Below are positions 20,493 to 30,183 of a DNA stretch of 64,000 bases, piece after piece. The notes under the pieces were generated by a model. That model made no database searches. It was not told where the DNA came from and saw only the letters and a program-made list of their open reading frames with translations. This DNA comes from a virus: IMG/VR virus record IMGVR_UViG_3300042519_001676, positions 1-64,000 of that record. One strand, given 5' to 3'. Positions within the stretch are counted from its first letter, which is position 1; every line of letters starts with the position of its first letter. The position numbers were made by a program, and so were the translations under genes.

Positions 20493-21585
20493 TTTTTCCG
20501 TTTGGATAATAAGCCGAACCAGGAGTAGGATTGCCTGGCATTTCAGGACTGTAGAAGTTTAACAGATTTGGTAAATTTGAATTATCAGGATACCATTTTA
20601 CTCTAACATCACTCCAAATGCCTACTGCATTTGCATAATCTACACCGGTAAAATTTGTATAGGTTTTAGTTTCTAATGTTGCATAATTAGCAAAGTTAGA
20701 AGGTGCATTGTCCAAGGTTGCTTGCACATCTACGGTGCCAGTGTAATTGGTAAAATACATAGCGATTGTAGTGGCCTGACTCATTTCAGGATTTGCACGT
20801 AAGTTTCCAGAATAGAATTCATATCTATTAGGTTCGACGTCCCTATTTGCAAAATATTTAAAGGCAGCAGTTTCTAAACTGTCTTTCAATACTGGTACAA
20901 GTTCGCTAGTTAATCTTGCAACTCCGGCAATATTATAATATGTGTTTGAATATGCAGGGATAGATGAACCATCATTGTCAGTCAATGTAACTGAAAAATT
21001 ATAGTAACCGTTATGTAGTTCTCGAGTGTCGTTTTCAGTCAACGATAATACCGCTAGTCCGCGAGTTGCAGTAGTAACACCGTTGTCAATAACTTCAAGT
21101 GTTTTCTGCACAACCATTCTATTTTGTTCTGCATCAAACATAGAAAATACAAAATTATGATTGAAAGTAACCGCGGTGCCCGATGTTATAGTTTCAGTAA
21201 TGGGTGATAGGAATTGTCCTAGATCAGCATCGTATTGTGGATCTAAGTTATCAAGTGTTAGGGTATTTGAATTAATTGCAGAAATATAAGTGCCGTTAGT
21301 TACACTATCACTGTTCACTAGCATACCTACTTGGACATTGGTAGCATCGGCTACTGTGAGTAAATTAGAAGCAGATGTTGCAGCCCCAACAGTACTAGAT
21401 GCAGCTAAAATTCTAACTAATTTTTGATCAGAGTTTTTAAACTGTAGCTGTACCTTGTTTTTAAGTCCTCTTTGTAATTTTAACTCTCGTTGGTACATAG
21501 TTTCATGTGTCCTTGTTATATCGTCGTCCAGATCTAATTGTACACTGAACAAATTGGAGTATAAATAGATTGGTAATTTCTGCAT
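20467..21585 (-). CDS. putative virion structural protein
   Basis: Start moved to ATG 21585 (MQKLPIY), 5 nt after TAAATA; beta-rich Thr/Asn composition. Confidence 0.75.
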   Translation of the reverse strand: MQKLPIYLYSNLFSVQLDLDDDITRTHETMYQRELKLQRGLKNKVQLQFKNSDQKLVRILAASSTVGAATSASNLLTVADATNVQVGMLVNSDSVTNGTYISAINSNTLTLDNLDPQYDADLGQFLSPITETITSGTAVTFNHNFVFSMFDAEQNRMVVQKTLEVIDNGVTTATRGLAVLSLTENDTRELHNGYYNFSVTLTDNDGSSIPAYSNTYYNIAGVARLTSELVPVLKDSLETAAFKYFANRDVEPNRYEFYSGNLRANPEMSQATTIAMYFTNYTGTVDVQATLDNAPSNFANYATLETKTYTNFTGVDYANAVGIWSDVRVKWYPDNSNLPNLLNFYSPEMPGNPTPGSAYYPNGKIDKVLVRS

Positions 21586-21599
21586 ACATATATTTATTA

Positions 21600-21983
21600 A
21601 TGACCAACAAGGACGAGTTTCAACAAAAGTTTCCATTCATAACCTGCATCAAAACCTCAGATAATGAGTATATAGGTATCATTGTAAATCACGATGATAA
21701 CGTTACTAGCATATACAACTATGCTGATATACGCAACGAAGAACATAAACACTTGTTCTTAGAAATGGGAGAAGTTTGGTGGTGGGAAAGTAATAGGAAA
21801 ATCCCTATCAACATTTTTCTAAAACAAGAAATGGTGGCTTTCAGGCCTTTTATAAAAACATTCAACAGCAAAGATGTTGAAATTATTTTTGGGCCAATTG
21901 TTAATCTAGGTGAGATTGCTGAAAAGCGTGTCAAACGCAAGAGCATTCAACTGGTTAGAAGTGTTAAGAAAAAGGGTAGCTAA
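21600..21983 (+). CDS. conserved hypothetical protein (WWWESNRxIPINIF family)
   Basis: TATAAATA at 21560-21567; start ATG 21600. Confidence 0.75.
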   Translation: MTNKDEFQQKFPFITCIKTSDNEYIGIIVNHDDNVTSIYNYADIRNEEHKHLFLEMGEVWWWESNRKIPINIFLKQEMVAFRPFIKTFNSKDVEIIFGPIVNLGEIAEKRVKRKSIQLVRSVKKKGS

Positions 21984-22542
21984 CCCGTTCGCAAATCAAG
22001 TTAAGTTGAACAACAATAACGTGAGCATAAGCAACAGCATGAGCCTTCTTAAAGAAATAAGCATCATCCGTTTTAGTCCATATCTCCTGTTGGATACCTT
22101 GGAAACCTTCTTTCTCGCATACTGGGATGAGATGTTTTTTACCCGGGCGGAGAAGTGCAAGGAACATGGATAATTCTTCAATGCTCTTAGGCTTTAATTT
22201 TGCAATCAATTGATGATACCCATTGATATGAAACAGCTGGTCACATACCGCCGGATCTTCTAATAAGTCCCAAAGCGGCTCAGCTGCTAATAATTCTTTA
22301 AGATGTTCTTCATTACGGACACCTTCATATGCACTAACATTTAAAAAATCAATTTTAAAGTAGCCTCGAGATTCTGCTTCTTTATAATTGATATTGGCAT
22401 TGCCGGTTAATGAGTTAACAGGAATTGCATGACAATACGCACCTGTGTTATGTTTCTTTCCGTCTTCAAGACAAGCAGGCACATGCTGAATTATATCCAA
22501 CACATTTGAACGATTTAAGAAATCTATATCAATATCAGGCAA
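21964..22542 (-). CDS. minimal DNA polymerase III alpha (DnaE)-like protein
   Basis: PDIDIDF, KHNTG, YFKIDFL, ALLRPG and FKKAHAVAYA match DnaE palm/finger motifs in 192 aa. Confidence 0.85.
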   Translation of the reverse strand: MPDIDIDFLNRSNVLDIIQHVPACLEDGKKHNTGAYCHAIPVNSLTGNANINYKEAESRGYFKIDFLNVSAYEGVRNEEHLKELLAAEPLWDLLEDPAVCDQLFHINGYHQLIAKLKPKSIEELSMFLALLRPGKKHLIPVCEKEGFQGIQQEIWTKTDDAYFFKKAHAVAYAHVIVVQLNLICERVSYPFS

Positions 22543-23227
22543 TTCCAGTCTCCCTACAAATTTCTTTTACAAACGCCACATCCGCCGGGCAGTCTCTAAA
22601 TTTCTTTGACCAAAAAGATAAATCTAATGTTTGATTAATCATATCCAATTGCTCGTCATTAAACATTCTCATTAGTTCAACTCCGCTCCCAGAATTTAGA
22701 ACTAACCAGGGACTGACTTTTCCATCTCTAATATGATGTACTGCACGATTTACATTTACGTATTTGAAGTAATGTGCAAAATTTGCATTTTGTTCTTCGC
22801 CCCATTCCATCATATATTGCAAGCTTCTTTCAATAGCACTTTCTACAGGCTCTATTTTGATCAGCTCACTTAGATATTTGTCATACAGATCATCTCTACA
22901 CCAATGATCTAATTTAATTCCGCTCTTAACTACGTAGTCGATAAATCGTTCTGGATACAAAGGATTTACATTGTTAATAAAGCTACCAAATTTTACAAAG
23001 GCATTATAGTATGCACTCTTACAAAAGTCACTATAGGGTTTTTGTTTTTTTGCAGCCTGAGTAAGTTGATAAAATCTGTTGTAGGCAAAGAATCCCATCT
23101 GGACTCTTTTTTCATCCTTTTGTAGCACTCGCCTTTTTCGTTCACACATATGAGCAACAAGAGTTTTCTCTTGCATAAAACTCTTGTTACAATGCACACA
23201 TGTAAAAGGTTGGTCAACTAACTCCAT
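22535..23227 (-). CDS. conserved hypothetical protein with N-terminal C2H2-like zinc finger
   Basis: FTCVHCNKSFMQEKTLVAHMC; overlaps neighbours. Confidence 0.8.
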   Translation of the reverse strand: MELVDQPFTCVHCNKSFMQEKTLVAHMCERKRRVLQKDEKRVQMGFFAYNRFYQLTQAAKKQKPYSDFCKSAYYNAFVKFGSFINNVNPLYPERFIDYVVKSGIKLDHWCRDDLYDKYLSELIKIEPVESAIERSLQYMMEWGEEQNANFAHYFKYVNVNRAVHHIRDGKVSPWLVLNSGSGVELMRMFNDEQLDMINQTLDLSFWSKKFRDCPADVAFVKEICRETGIA

Positions 23228-23688
23228 TACTCGTATTCTTTCCGTTGTTTCTTATCAAATCCCATTTTATCAAACAATTCTTGTTTGTCTTTATCGTCCA
23301 TCAATGATGCTAACACTTTGATATCACTTAACTTCATTGCAGGATATAATTCTTCAAGAAGCTTCTCAATCTTGTTTGCTTTGCCTTTGGCACCTGACTT
23401 CAGGTATGTGTATTTGACAGGCACACCAACTCCGCAACTGGCAAATAATTGCCAAAGAAGTTGCTTATGACCTTTACTTAAAGTCCAGTGATTGATATTG
23501 ACAAGATCATTAACTCGTTCGAGAATGAACTGATATGTTTCGGGATCAACTTGAGGATTGCTTACATATCTCATTAAAATATACGGACTAAAAACTTTCT
23601 TCTCTTCGTCAGTTAAGTTCTTATAAAAATCGTGGTCTCTACGATTTACCGCTGTTAATTCTCTGCCAATGTCTAGTTTTGCTGCCAT
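23227..23688 (-). CDS. putative clamp loader small subunit (gp62-like)
   Basis: FSPYILMRYVS...N...HKQLLWQL pattern and replication context; similarity is weak. Confidence 0.55.
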   Translation of the reverse strand: MAAKLDIGRELTAVNRRDHDFYKNLTDEEKKVFSPYILMRYVSNPQVDPETYQFILERVNDLVNINHWTLSKGHKQLLWQLFASCGVGVPVKYTYLKSGAKGKANKIEKLLEELYPAMKLSDIKVLASLMDDKDKQELFDKMGFDKKQRKEYE

Positions 23689-23690
23689 GT

Positions 23691-23978
23691 TTATACCGGA
23701 TGATGAGGAACTTTATATTCTTTGTCTTTGCTTAGATAGTACAATATTTTAACACGTTCTAAGGCGTTTTCCAATTCTTTATTGTCCAAGGCTGCTTGTC
23801 TAATATCATGCCATAACTGAGATTCGCTAGGCGTACTCATATAATTTCTGTGATCTAACGGATCCCTATGATAGTCGTATCCCACAACGGTCCTTTCAGT
23901 GCTACCTTGTTCGCGGGCATATACAGTGCCGCCTACTCGTTCGTAAATTAGCTTAACGTTCGGAGTCAGACTGCCCAT
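23691..23978 (-). CDS. hypothetical protein
   Basis: IYERVGGTVYARE motif; likely start MGSLTP at 23978. Confidence 0.75.
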   Translation of the reverse strand: MGSLTPNVKLIYERVGGTVYAREQGSTERTVVGYDYHRDPLDHRNYMSTPSESQLWHDIRQAALDNKELENALERVKILYYLSKDKEYKVPHHPV

Positions 23979-24111
23979 ACGTATATCCATATTGTGAATG
24001 TGCCCAGCGAGAAAATCGTTCTAATCCTTCTCGATCATTCGGATAACTCTCTGAATAGATTCTAATTAGTCTATTCAATGTTTCAAATATTTGCGGTTCA
24101 GTATACGGCAT
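23953..24111 (-). CDS. 52-aa hypothetical protein (not in ORF track)
   Basis: MPYTEPQIFETLNRLIRIYSESYPNDREGLERFSRWAHSQYGYTYGQSDSER*, begins 1 nt after the upstream stop. Confidence 0.65.
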   Translation of the reverse strand: MPYTEPQIFETLNRLIRIYSESYPNDREGLERFSRWAHSQYGYTYGQSDSER

Positions 24112-24112
24112 A

Positions 24113-24616
24113 TTACCAGCACCTTGAGTAATCTACTAGTTCACTTTGACGACTGACTTCTTTAACAAAGTATGCACACGGAGGTTTAGGATCGTTGTTT
24201 AACGGAGTACATAACAGTTGTCCTGGCTTCATTTTAGGAAAATACCAACGAACATCTTGATACACATCAACAATATCAATATCGTAAAACTCGGGTCTAA
24301 ATGAGCTCAATGGATTAAAAATAAATGTTCTAAAGCCGCGATCATTCAAACTAGTCAGAGGTATAATTTCCATATCGGGACCCTCTGGGTCTCCTACAAT
24401 AGTACACCAATCTAATGGCATGTTTACAGTATATGGCCCGACTTTAAGTACCGCAGCAGGTGCAGTGAACGACTCTAAGAATATTAGAGGAATATAAAAA
24501 TAGTCAGGATTTTGTGGATCGCTATTGTCCATAACACTGAATCTGAGATCTTCATCAACCTCATCTGGTAGGTCGTTTAGATGATAAATCTTATTATCAA
24601 GTGTGAGAATTTGCAT
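24113..24616 (-). CDS. conserved hypothetical protein
   Basis: TAATG coupling to UvsW; PLIFLESF and WYFPKMK motifs. Confidence 0.8.
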   Translation of the reverse strand: MQILTLDNKIYHLNDLPDEVDEDLRFSVMDNSDPQNPDYFYIPLIFLESFTAPAAVLKVGPYTVNMPLDWCTIVGDPEGPDMEIIPLTSLNDRGFRTFIFNPLSSFRPEFYDIDIVDVYQDVRWYFPKMKPGQLLCTPLNNDPKPPCAYFVKEVSRQSELVDYSRCW

Positions 24617-26073
24617 TAATATTTTACCTTTTCAATTGTGAACGGATACTTGGCGTCTTTGTAGAACTTCTTTCGTTCAGTAAGGTGTCTCTTCGCATAC
24701 TTCGTCGACGCTGTAATATCCCAGATTTGTACAAAGTCTTTGTCGTCTGCTTTTCTAATGCCTCGCCCAATGCTTTGTATAACCCTTGTAAAGCTCTTTC
24801 CGGACTCAACCATAACCAAATTAAAAATACGGGGGATATTAAGACCCACAGCGGCCACACCATAAGTCGCCACAATAATCTTTTTATCAGCAGTTCTAAC
24901 TTCGTCATACTCAGTCTTCCGGTCTTTAGTTTTTACTTCTCCCGAGATAAAGACACTATCTGGGATGTTGTCTACTATTATACGTCCTGTTTCAATCCTG
25001 TCAACCAGTACTAACGTATTTCCACTTTCTGCAATTCCTGCAACCAGTTTACTAATCCATGCAACTCGATCTTCATCGGTCACTAGATACTTTAGTTCTT
25101 CAGGATAACTGCCAAATTCTTTCCACTCAGCAGTTTGGATAACATTTACATGGCAGGTGCTTAGTACTCCTGCCTCTTGCAGAGTATGTGCCTTAACTGT
25201 GTGTACTACTTCGCCTAATGCACATTTAATATTTTGAAAATCTATATCTTCTTTAGGCACAGTTCCGGTTAGTCCCCAACGAATGGGTGCATTGGCAAGA
25301 TTGTTGGTTAACAGTTTCTTCAACACTTCTGCCTTGGCCATATGCACCTCATCAACCATTACTGTTTGAACACCTTCAAGTAATTCTGCCAGTGTTAATA
25401 ACTCTTCGTCGGTGGTATTTTTAGATCTCTTGTCAAGAATATTCAAACTTTGCCAAGTACAGATAGTATGTGTCTTATCAAGATTTTTTCTATCTCCGTA
25501 GTACACTCCGACGTCTAATCCGCAGTTAATGAAGTCTTCTTCAGTTTGTTCAACTAGACTTTTGTTAGGAACAATGGTCACAGTTCGACCATATTTTTCA
25601 CAGATTTTTGCCAACGTGGCTGTGGTAATTGTCTTACCAAAGCCCGTGGCAATTTCTTGAATGCACTGAGGATTTTCTAGAAACTTGTTAACAACTTCAA
25701 CTTGATCATCACGCAGTCTAATCTTTGATCCGGCAAACCGATGACCTTCAGGCCATGTTTGGTCACCCCAAAAATCTTCAGCAACTAGGTCAAAGCTCAA
25801 GGCCATAGGAACACGATGATCTTCTAGTACAGGATCGTAACCCTGATGTACTAATTCCTCAATAACATCAGGTAACATACTCATATAGGTAGTGCCACCA
25901 AGTCCAAAGAAGCTAGTGCAACCGTCCCAACGACCTAATTTATAAGCAGGCAAGTAGCGAGCTTTTTGATCAAAATATTTGAATTTTGTAACCAGTTTTT
26001 TTCTTGTGTCAAGGTCTAAGTTTTCAATTTTTACATTGACTTCATCCTTGATTATAATTTTACAATAGGCCAA
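24616..26073 (-). CDS. uvsW: UvsW SF2 DNA helicase
   Basis: ATGFGKT, DEVH, GLTGT, QSIGRGIR motifs. Confidence 0.93.
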   Translation of the reverse strand: MAYCKIIIKDEVNVKIENLDLDTRKKLVTKFKYFDQKARYLPAYKLGRWDGCTSFFGLGGTTYMSMLPDVIEELVHQGYDPVLEDHRVPMALSFDLVAEDFWGDQTWPEGHRFAGSKIRLRDDQVEVVNKFLENPQCIQEIATGFGKTITTATLAKICEKYGRTVTIVPNKSLVEQTEEDFINCGLDVGVYYGDRKNLDKTHTICTWQSLNILDKRSKNTTDEELLTLAELLEGVQTVMVDEVHMAKAEVLKKLLTNNLANAPIRWGLTGTVPKEDIDFQNIKCALGEVVHTVKAHTLQEAGVLSTCHVNVIQTAEWKEFGSYPEELKYLVTDEDRVAWISKLVAGIAESGNTLVLVDRIETGRIIVDNIPDSVFISGEVKTKDRKTEYDEVRTADKKIIVATYGVAAVGLNIPRIFNLVMVESGKSFTRVIQSIGRGIRKADDKDFVQIWDITASTKYAKRHLTERKKFYKDAKYPFTIEKVKY

Positions 26074-27262
26074 ACTGGTATCCTGATTTAGTTTTATCTG
26101 TATATCTAATTACGTCTGCCCTACCATCCAAGTATGTAGAAACACTATAGTGAACTCCGGACAGACTTCCTAGATTTACAATTAGTTTAAATTCTATGCC
26201 ACTTTTAATCAATGGTTTAGGAATCTTTTGGCTGACAAATACAATTTTAGTGTTATCGTTAATAGGGTTGTTTAAGTTGTTCTGTTTTACTAGTTCGTTA
26301 AACATGCCACCGGTGTCACTGTCTAGTCTAAACAATACACTAATGTCTTTTTCTTTAAATCCTTGAGATTTTAACCAGGTAGTCCATGTTTTTAAAGTGA
26401 AGAATTCGCCGTAGCCGGGAATGATGATCAATGCGGGAACATTATGCTTGAACAGCTCAGTAAACTGATCAATACTATTTTCATTGACGTCAAATTCTGG
26501 CTTATTCGATATCGATTCTTCTAAAAACGATGTCAGAACTGGTGAAAAATTTGCATTTTTTATCAGATTTTCAACAGTTTCGTCCCATGTACTAATGCCG
26601 TAGTGCTTGGCCAGTAACAGAGTCTCAATTAGATCATTAGATTCAGGTTGAGGTACTGTTCGATATACATTCTTGAACAAGTACTGGTTATTTTCGTAAG
26701 CCACTGTGGGTACATAGTTTTCCATATTTTCAAGAATTTCGGAAATTTGACCAGAAAATTCAAGAAATTCAGGATCCACTATAAAACTATCATTTAGGAT
26801 ATGTTGAGTGATCCATAGTACATTATTTTCTTCTAAGGCAAACTTCCATGCCTTAGAGTCACCGTTCCACTCCACAGTTTTAACTTTTACTTCTGATTTG
26901 AATTTTCTAATTTTTTCAACAATTTCCTCAGAAAATGGAAATTTTATCAAAATTTCCTTCCCTTCTATTTTAATGGACTTTTCTTGAAGTGCAGGTTCTA
27001 TTAAATTAAATTTAAACTCAGGAGCATCAAGGGCCACGGTAACTGCGGTGCCGAGGTCAGCGGTAAGCTGGCCTTGGTATTTTTTACAAAGACGTAAAAC
27101 CAGTGATCGTTGCTTCTCTGTGAAGCCTCGGCCAGCTGATGGATTGGCCGCAAGGCTGTGTACTACTTTTTCATCCATTGCCCATAAAGAGATTGGATTA
27201 GAAAATAGATAGCTTCCGGTGTTACCGAGCCTACAGATGAGATCTTCAATGTAGAGTTTCAT
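26060..27262 (-). CDS. hypothetical protein
   Basis: 400-aa ORF tightly packed between UvsY and UvsW. Confidence 0.8.
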   Translation of the reverse strand: MKLYIEDLICRLGNTGSYLFSNPISLWAMDEKVVHSLAANPSAGRGFTEKQRSLVLRLCKKYQGQLTADLGTAVTVALDAPEFKFNLIEPALQEKSIKIEGKEILIKFPFSEEIVEKIRKFKSEVKVKTVEWNGDSKAWKFALEENNVLWITQHILNDSFIVDPEFLEFSGQISEILENMENYVPTVAYENNQYLFKNVYRTVPQPESNDLIETLLLAKHYGISTWDETVENLIKNANFSPVLTSFLEESISNKPEFDVNENSIDQFTELFKHNVPALIIIPGYGEFFTLKTWTTWLKSQGFKEKDISVLFRLDSDTGGMFNELVKQNNLNNPINDNTKIVFVSQKIPKPLIKSGIEFKLIVNLGSLSGVHYSVSTYLDGRADVIRYTDKTKSGYQFGLL

Positions 27263-27263
27263 T

Positions 27264-27719
27264 TTATATTGACACGTCTTCCATACCGGCGGTACGGAGT
27301 TTAATGATGTTACTAACTTGCCACTGTTTTATGTCTAATCCCTTGATAATACCCAACCATTGATTACGCAAGAGTGCAAACTCATTAATGATCTTTTCCA
27401 TATCAACTACGTCTGCTTCGCCGTCGACATATTTTTCAACATCTCTAGAACTAAGAGCCCTAGCATAGTTTTCTAAATATTTTTTAAAGGTCTTTGATCT
27501 GATTCTGCGAAGTTCAATGTTCAGGTATTCGAGGATACCTTCAATTTCTTGAAGTTGATTAAATCGATGTGCTACAATTCCTGGTAAGGCGGCAGAAGTT
27601 TTTTCTATGTTGCCATAGACTTTAACCTCGCCCCTTGCCTGTTCTAATTCGGAATAGTAATGATCGATACAGCCTGGTAAGTGAGCAATATCATTGCTAA
27701 CTTTGCTGTACCAGTTCAT
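27264..27719 (-). CDS. uvsY: UvsY recombination mediator
   Basis: Helical protein with VEKYVDGEAD and WQVSNIIK motifs, between UvsX and UvsW. Confidence 0.8.
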   Translation of the reverse strand: MNWYSKVSNDIAHLPGCIDHYYSELEQARGEVKVYGNIEKTSAALPGIVAHRFNQLQEIEGILEYLNIELRRIRSKTFKKYLENYARALSSRDVEKYVDGEADVVDMEKIINEFALLRNQWLGIIKGLDIKQWQVSNIIKLRTAGMEDVSI

Positions 27720-27967
27720 TAATAGTCCTCGTCTTCTTCGGAATAACCGTCGTCTTCTTCGTCTTCGAATTCTTTTTCTTCATCAACCACTGCCTTAACA
27801 GCAATGTCTAGATGAGGATCATATCCCATAAGAGCTTCAAGTGCGGCAATTTCGACATCCTTGCCTAACAAGAAATCAACGTACTGATGAGCAGCCAATT
27901 CTTTGTTTTTGTCTGGGATATATTCTCGGAAGGTATCCCATACCTCCATAATCAATGCTTCTTCCAT
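27719..27967 (-). CDS. small acidic hypothetical protein
   Basis: TAATG coupling on both sides; D/E-rich tail. Confidence 0.75.
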   Translation of the reverse strand: MEEALIMEVWDTFREYIPDKNKELAAHQYVDFLLGKDVEIAALEALMGYDPHLDIAVKAVVDEEKEFEDEEDDGYSEEDEDY

Positions 27968-29025
27968 TATGCTTCCTCAGTATCTTCAGCAACTACTGCC
28001 GCAATATCCATTGCAGCTTCGTCCCATTCATCCATAATAATTTTTAACTTGTCTTCAGTCCAACCTTTTCGGAAAAAAGAATGAACTTCGCCAGTTTCTT
28101 TACTTATATATTGTAGCTTATTTCCGCTCTTTGTCAAAACGTTTTTAGCTTCAAATAAGTCCACTAATCCGGACGTCGGTGCCATACCTGTTGCATACGG
28201 GATCTCAACTTGTACTGACTCAAATGGTTTTGCATAACGAGTTTTCATAATCTTACAAGCAGAACGGATACCGTTAACTGTTGTAGTCTTATTACCATCT
28301 GCGTCTGTTTTCAATTTCAATTTACGCATAGCAACTACAATAGAGCTAGCATAAATGAAGCCTTGGCCTCCACTGATCTTGTCATCAGGGTCAAACATAT
28401 CCTGGCTAGCATAGGTGTGGTTAGTACAAACTAACCCAACGTTATAGCTACCAAACATGTTGACACAATTACGAACAAGAGATGTAAGTGCTTTGGGTTT
28501 ACGGCCCATGTCACCTTTCATTTCGCCTGCTTCAAACTGATTTACGTCAGTAGGAGTCAACAACATGCCTAAAGAATCAATTACAAACAAAATTTTTGGA
28601 CGTTCTTCCAACGGCATTGTTTTATATTCTTTCATGAATTCACTAATGGTTTTTGCCACGTCGTCAATCATAGCCATGTTAAGTTTTAGAAGTTTTTTCT
28701 CTGAAGTATCAACACCAAGTGCGTGTAGCCATGCTTCGTCAAGTGCATTTTCGCTATCAACTAGGATAACATACATGTCTTGCTCTTGTGCATGTTTAAT
28801 AATGTTGCCTGAACAAATATAACTCTTACCTGCACCGCTTTCGCCTGCGAAAACAGTAACTTTACCAAGGGGGACCCCTTTATTAAAGTCCCCCGAGATC
28901 AAGTAGTTAAGAGCAAAGTTGCCAGTTGAAATCCAGTCAGTAGGATCGTTGAAGCCAATACCTAAGCCTTCAATAGACTTAGTGATGGACTTGCGAAACT
29001 TAGAAATATCAAATGATTTTGCCAT
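27967..29025 (-). CDS. uvsX: UvsX/RecA recombinase
   Basis: GESGAGKS, DSENA, VIDSLG, ISGG motifs. Confidence 0.95.
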   Translation of the reverse strand: MAKSFDISKFRKSITKSIEGLGIGFNDPTDWISTGNFALNYLISGDFNKGVPLGKVTVFAGESGAGKSYICSGNIIKHAQEQDMYVILVDSENALDEAWLHALGVDTSEKKLLKLNMAMIDDVAKTISEFMKEYKTMPLEERPKILFVIDSLGMLLTPTDVNQFEAGEMKGDMGRKPKALTSLVRNCVNMFGSYNVGLVCTNHTYASQDMFDPDDKISGGQGFIYASSIVVAMRKLKLKTDADGNKTTTVNGIRSACKIMKTRYAKPFESVQVEIPYATGMAPTSGLVDLFEAKNVLTKSGNKLQYISKETGEVHSFFRKGWTEDKLKIIMDEWDEAAMDIAAVVAEDTEEA

Positions 29026-29039
29026 TATGATCTCCTAAA

Positions 29040-30059
29040 TTAAGCGGTTGCGTTACGTGCTTTAATCTTAGCTAAGATATCTTGAGCTCGTGAACTTGCT
29101 TCGCTTCCACCTGCTGGTGCAGTCGGTGCAGGAGTGAATGACTTTTCAGCTACTTGAACTTCTTCTTCCCACGGTGCCGCTTCTGCTACCGGAGTAGCAG
29201 CCATTGGAGCCGCCGGTGCTGGACGAGCAGCTGGGGCAGCAGATGCTGTACCCGAGGCGTTGTCACGACCACCATAACCTGCTGGCTTGAAGTATTGACC
29301 CCAACGTTCCATGTCAAATGCTTCACCGTCTACTGACGCTTCAAACATTTCTTTCATGACTTTGAGTTCAACATCGCCGGGCTTTTTAGGCAAGAATGAC
29401 TTTAAGTCAAACGCACCGTATTGTGTCAAAGCTGCCTGTTCAGCATCACCTAGAGCACGTTCACGACGAGCCCATTGTGATGTAGAGTAGTCTGCATATC
29501 CGCCCTTGCTAGTTTTAACAATGCGGAAGTCCACACCGCGAAGTGTGTCAGTTGGCAATTCTTCCATATCAGGATCTAGCAAAGCTGCCTTGATAATGTT
29601 AAAGATTTGACTGCCGATAATGAATCGACGAATTGGATTTTCAGGAGTTTTGCCATCTTCTTTGTACTGGCTATCTACTACATAACCTTGGAACAGGTAT
29701 GACTTCTTTTTCCAGTACTTACGACCCATGTCTTCCAAAGACTTGTCTTTAAACCAAGGGCGAACCTCAGTAAGAATTGGACATGTCTCGCCCCACATTT
29801 CCATACAAGGAACTTGCACAGTCACGGGCTTGGAATTTGCTTCACCTTTGACACCGGCGAAAGGCAATTTGATCATTGCACGTTCGATCCAGAAGAAGGT
29901 GTTGTTTGGATCAGCGTCAGGCAAGAAACGAACCGTTGCGGTTTGTCCTTCTGCGATGTTCCAATGGGGGTAAATTGCGTTGTCTCCACCGGATGAGCCA
30001 CCAGTGTTTTGTTGAGATGATGCTTGAAGTTTTGCTCTAATTTCTGCTAACGTTGCCAT
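29040..30059 (-). CDS. 32: single-stranded DNA-binding protein (gp32)
   Basis: ATVRFLPD, C..CP, DFRIVKTSKGGYADYSTS; adjacent to UvsX. Confidence 0.9.
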   Translation of the reverse strand: MATLAEIRAKLQASSQQNTGGSSGGDNAIYPHWNIAEGQTATVRFLPDADPNNTFFWIERAMIKLPFAGVKGEANSKPVTVQVPCMEMWGETCPILTEVRPWFKDKSLEDMGRKYWKKKSYLFQGYVVDSQYKEDGKTPENPIRRFIIGSQIFNIIKAALLDPDMEELPTDTLRGVDFRIVKTSKGGYADYSTSQWARRERALGDAEQAALTQYGAFDLKSFLPKKPGDVELKVMKEMFEASVDGEAFDMERWGQYFKPAGYGGRDNASGTASAAPAARPAPAAPMAATPVAEAAPWEEEVQVAEKSFTPAPTAPAGGSEASSRAQDILAKIKARNATA

Positions 30060-30139
30060 AATGTTTTTCCTTAATGTTGATTTATTATGCCTCTTCTTTA
30101 AAGCCCACTGACTAAAAAGAAAAACTGTGCATACGGTTA

Positions 30140-30168
30140 AGTATACACAGCTTTATTTATCACTGCAA
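30140..30168 (-). promoter_or_regulatory. composite promoter for gp32
   Basis: Minus strand TTGCAG, 17 bp, TATACT with ATAAATA inside the spacer; hairpin 30125-30150. Confidence 0.6.
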
Positions 30169-30183
30169 CCTATTTGGTTGAAA

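Noticed and set aside
21964-22542. dnaE pseudogene or split intein
   Set aside because: Intact frame with catalytic motifs in order; no intein terminal motifs seen.
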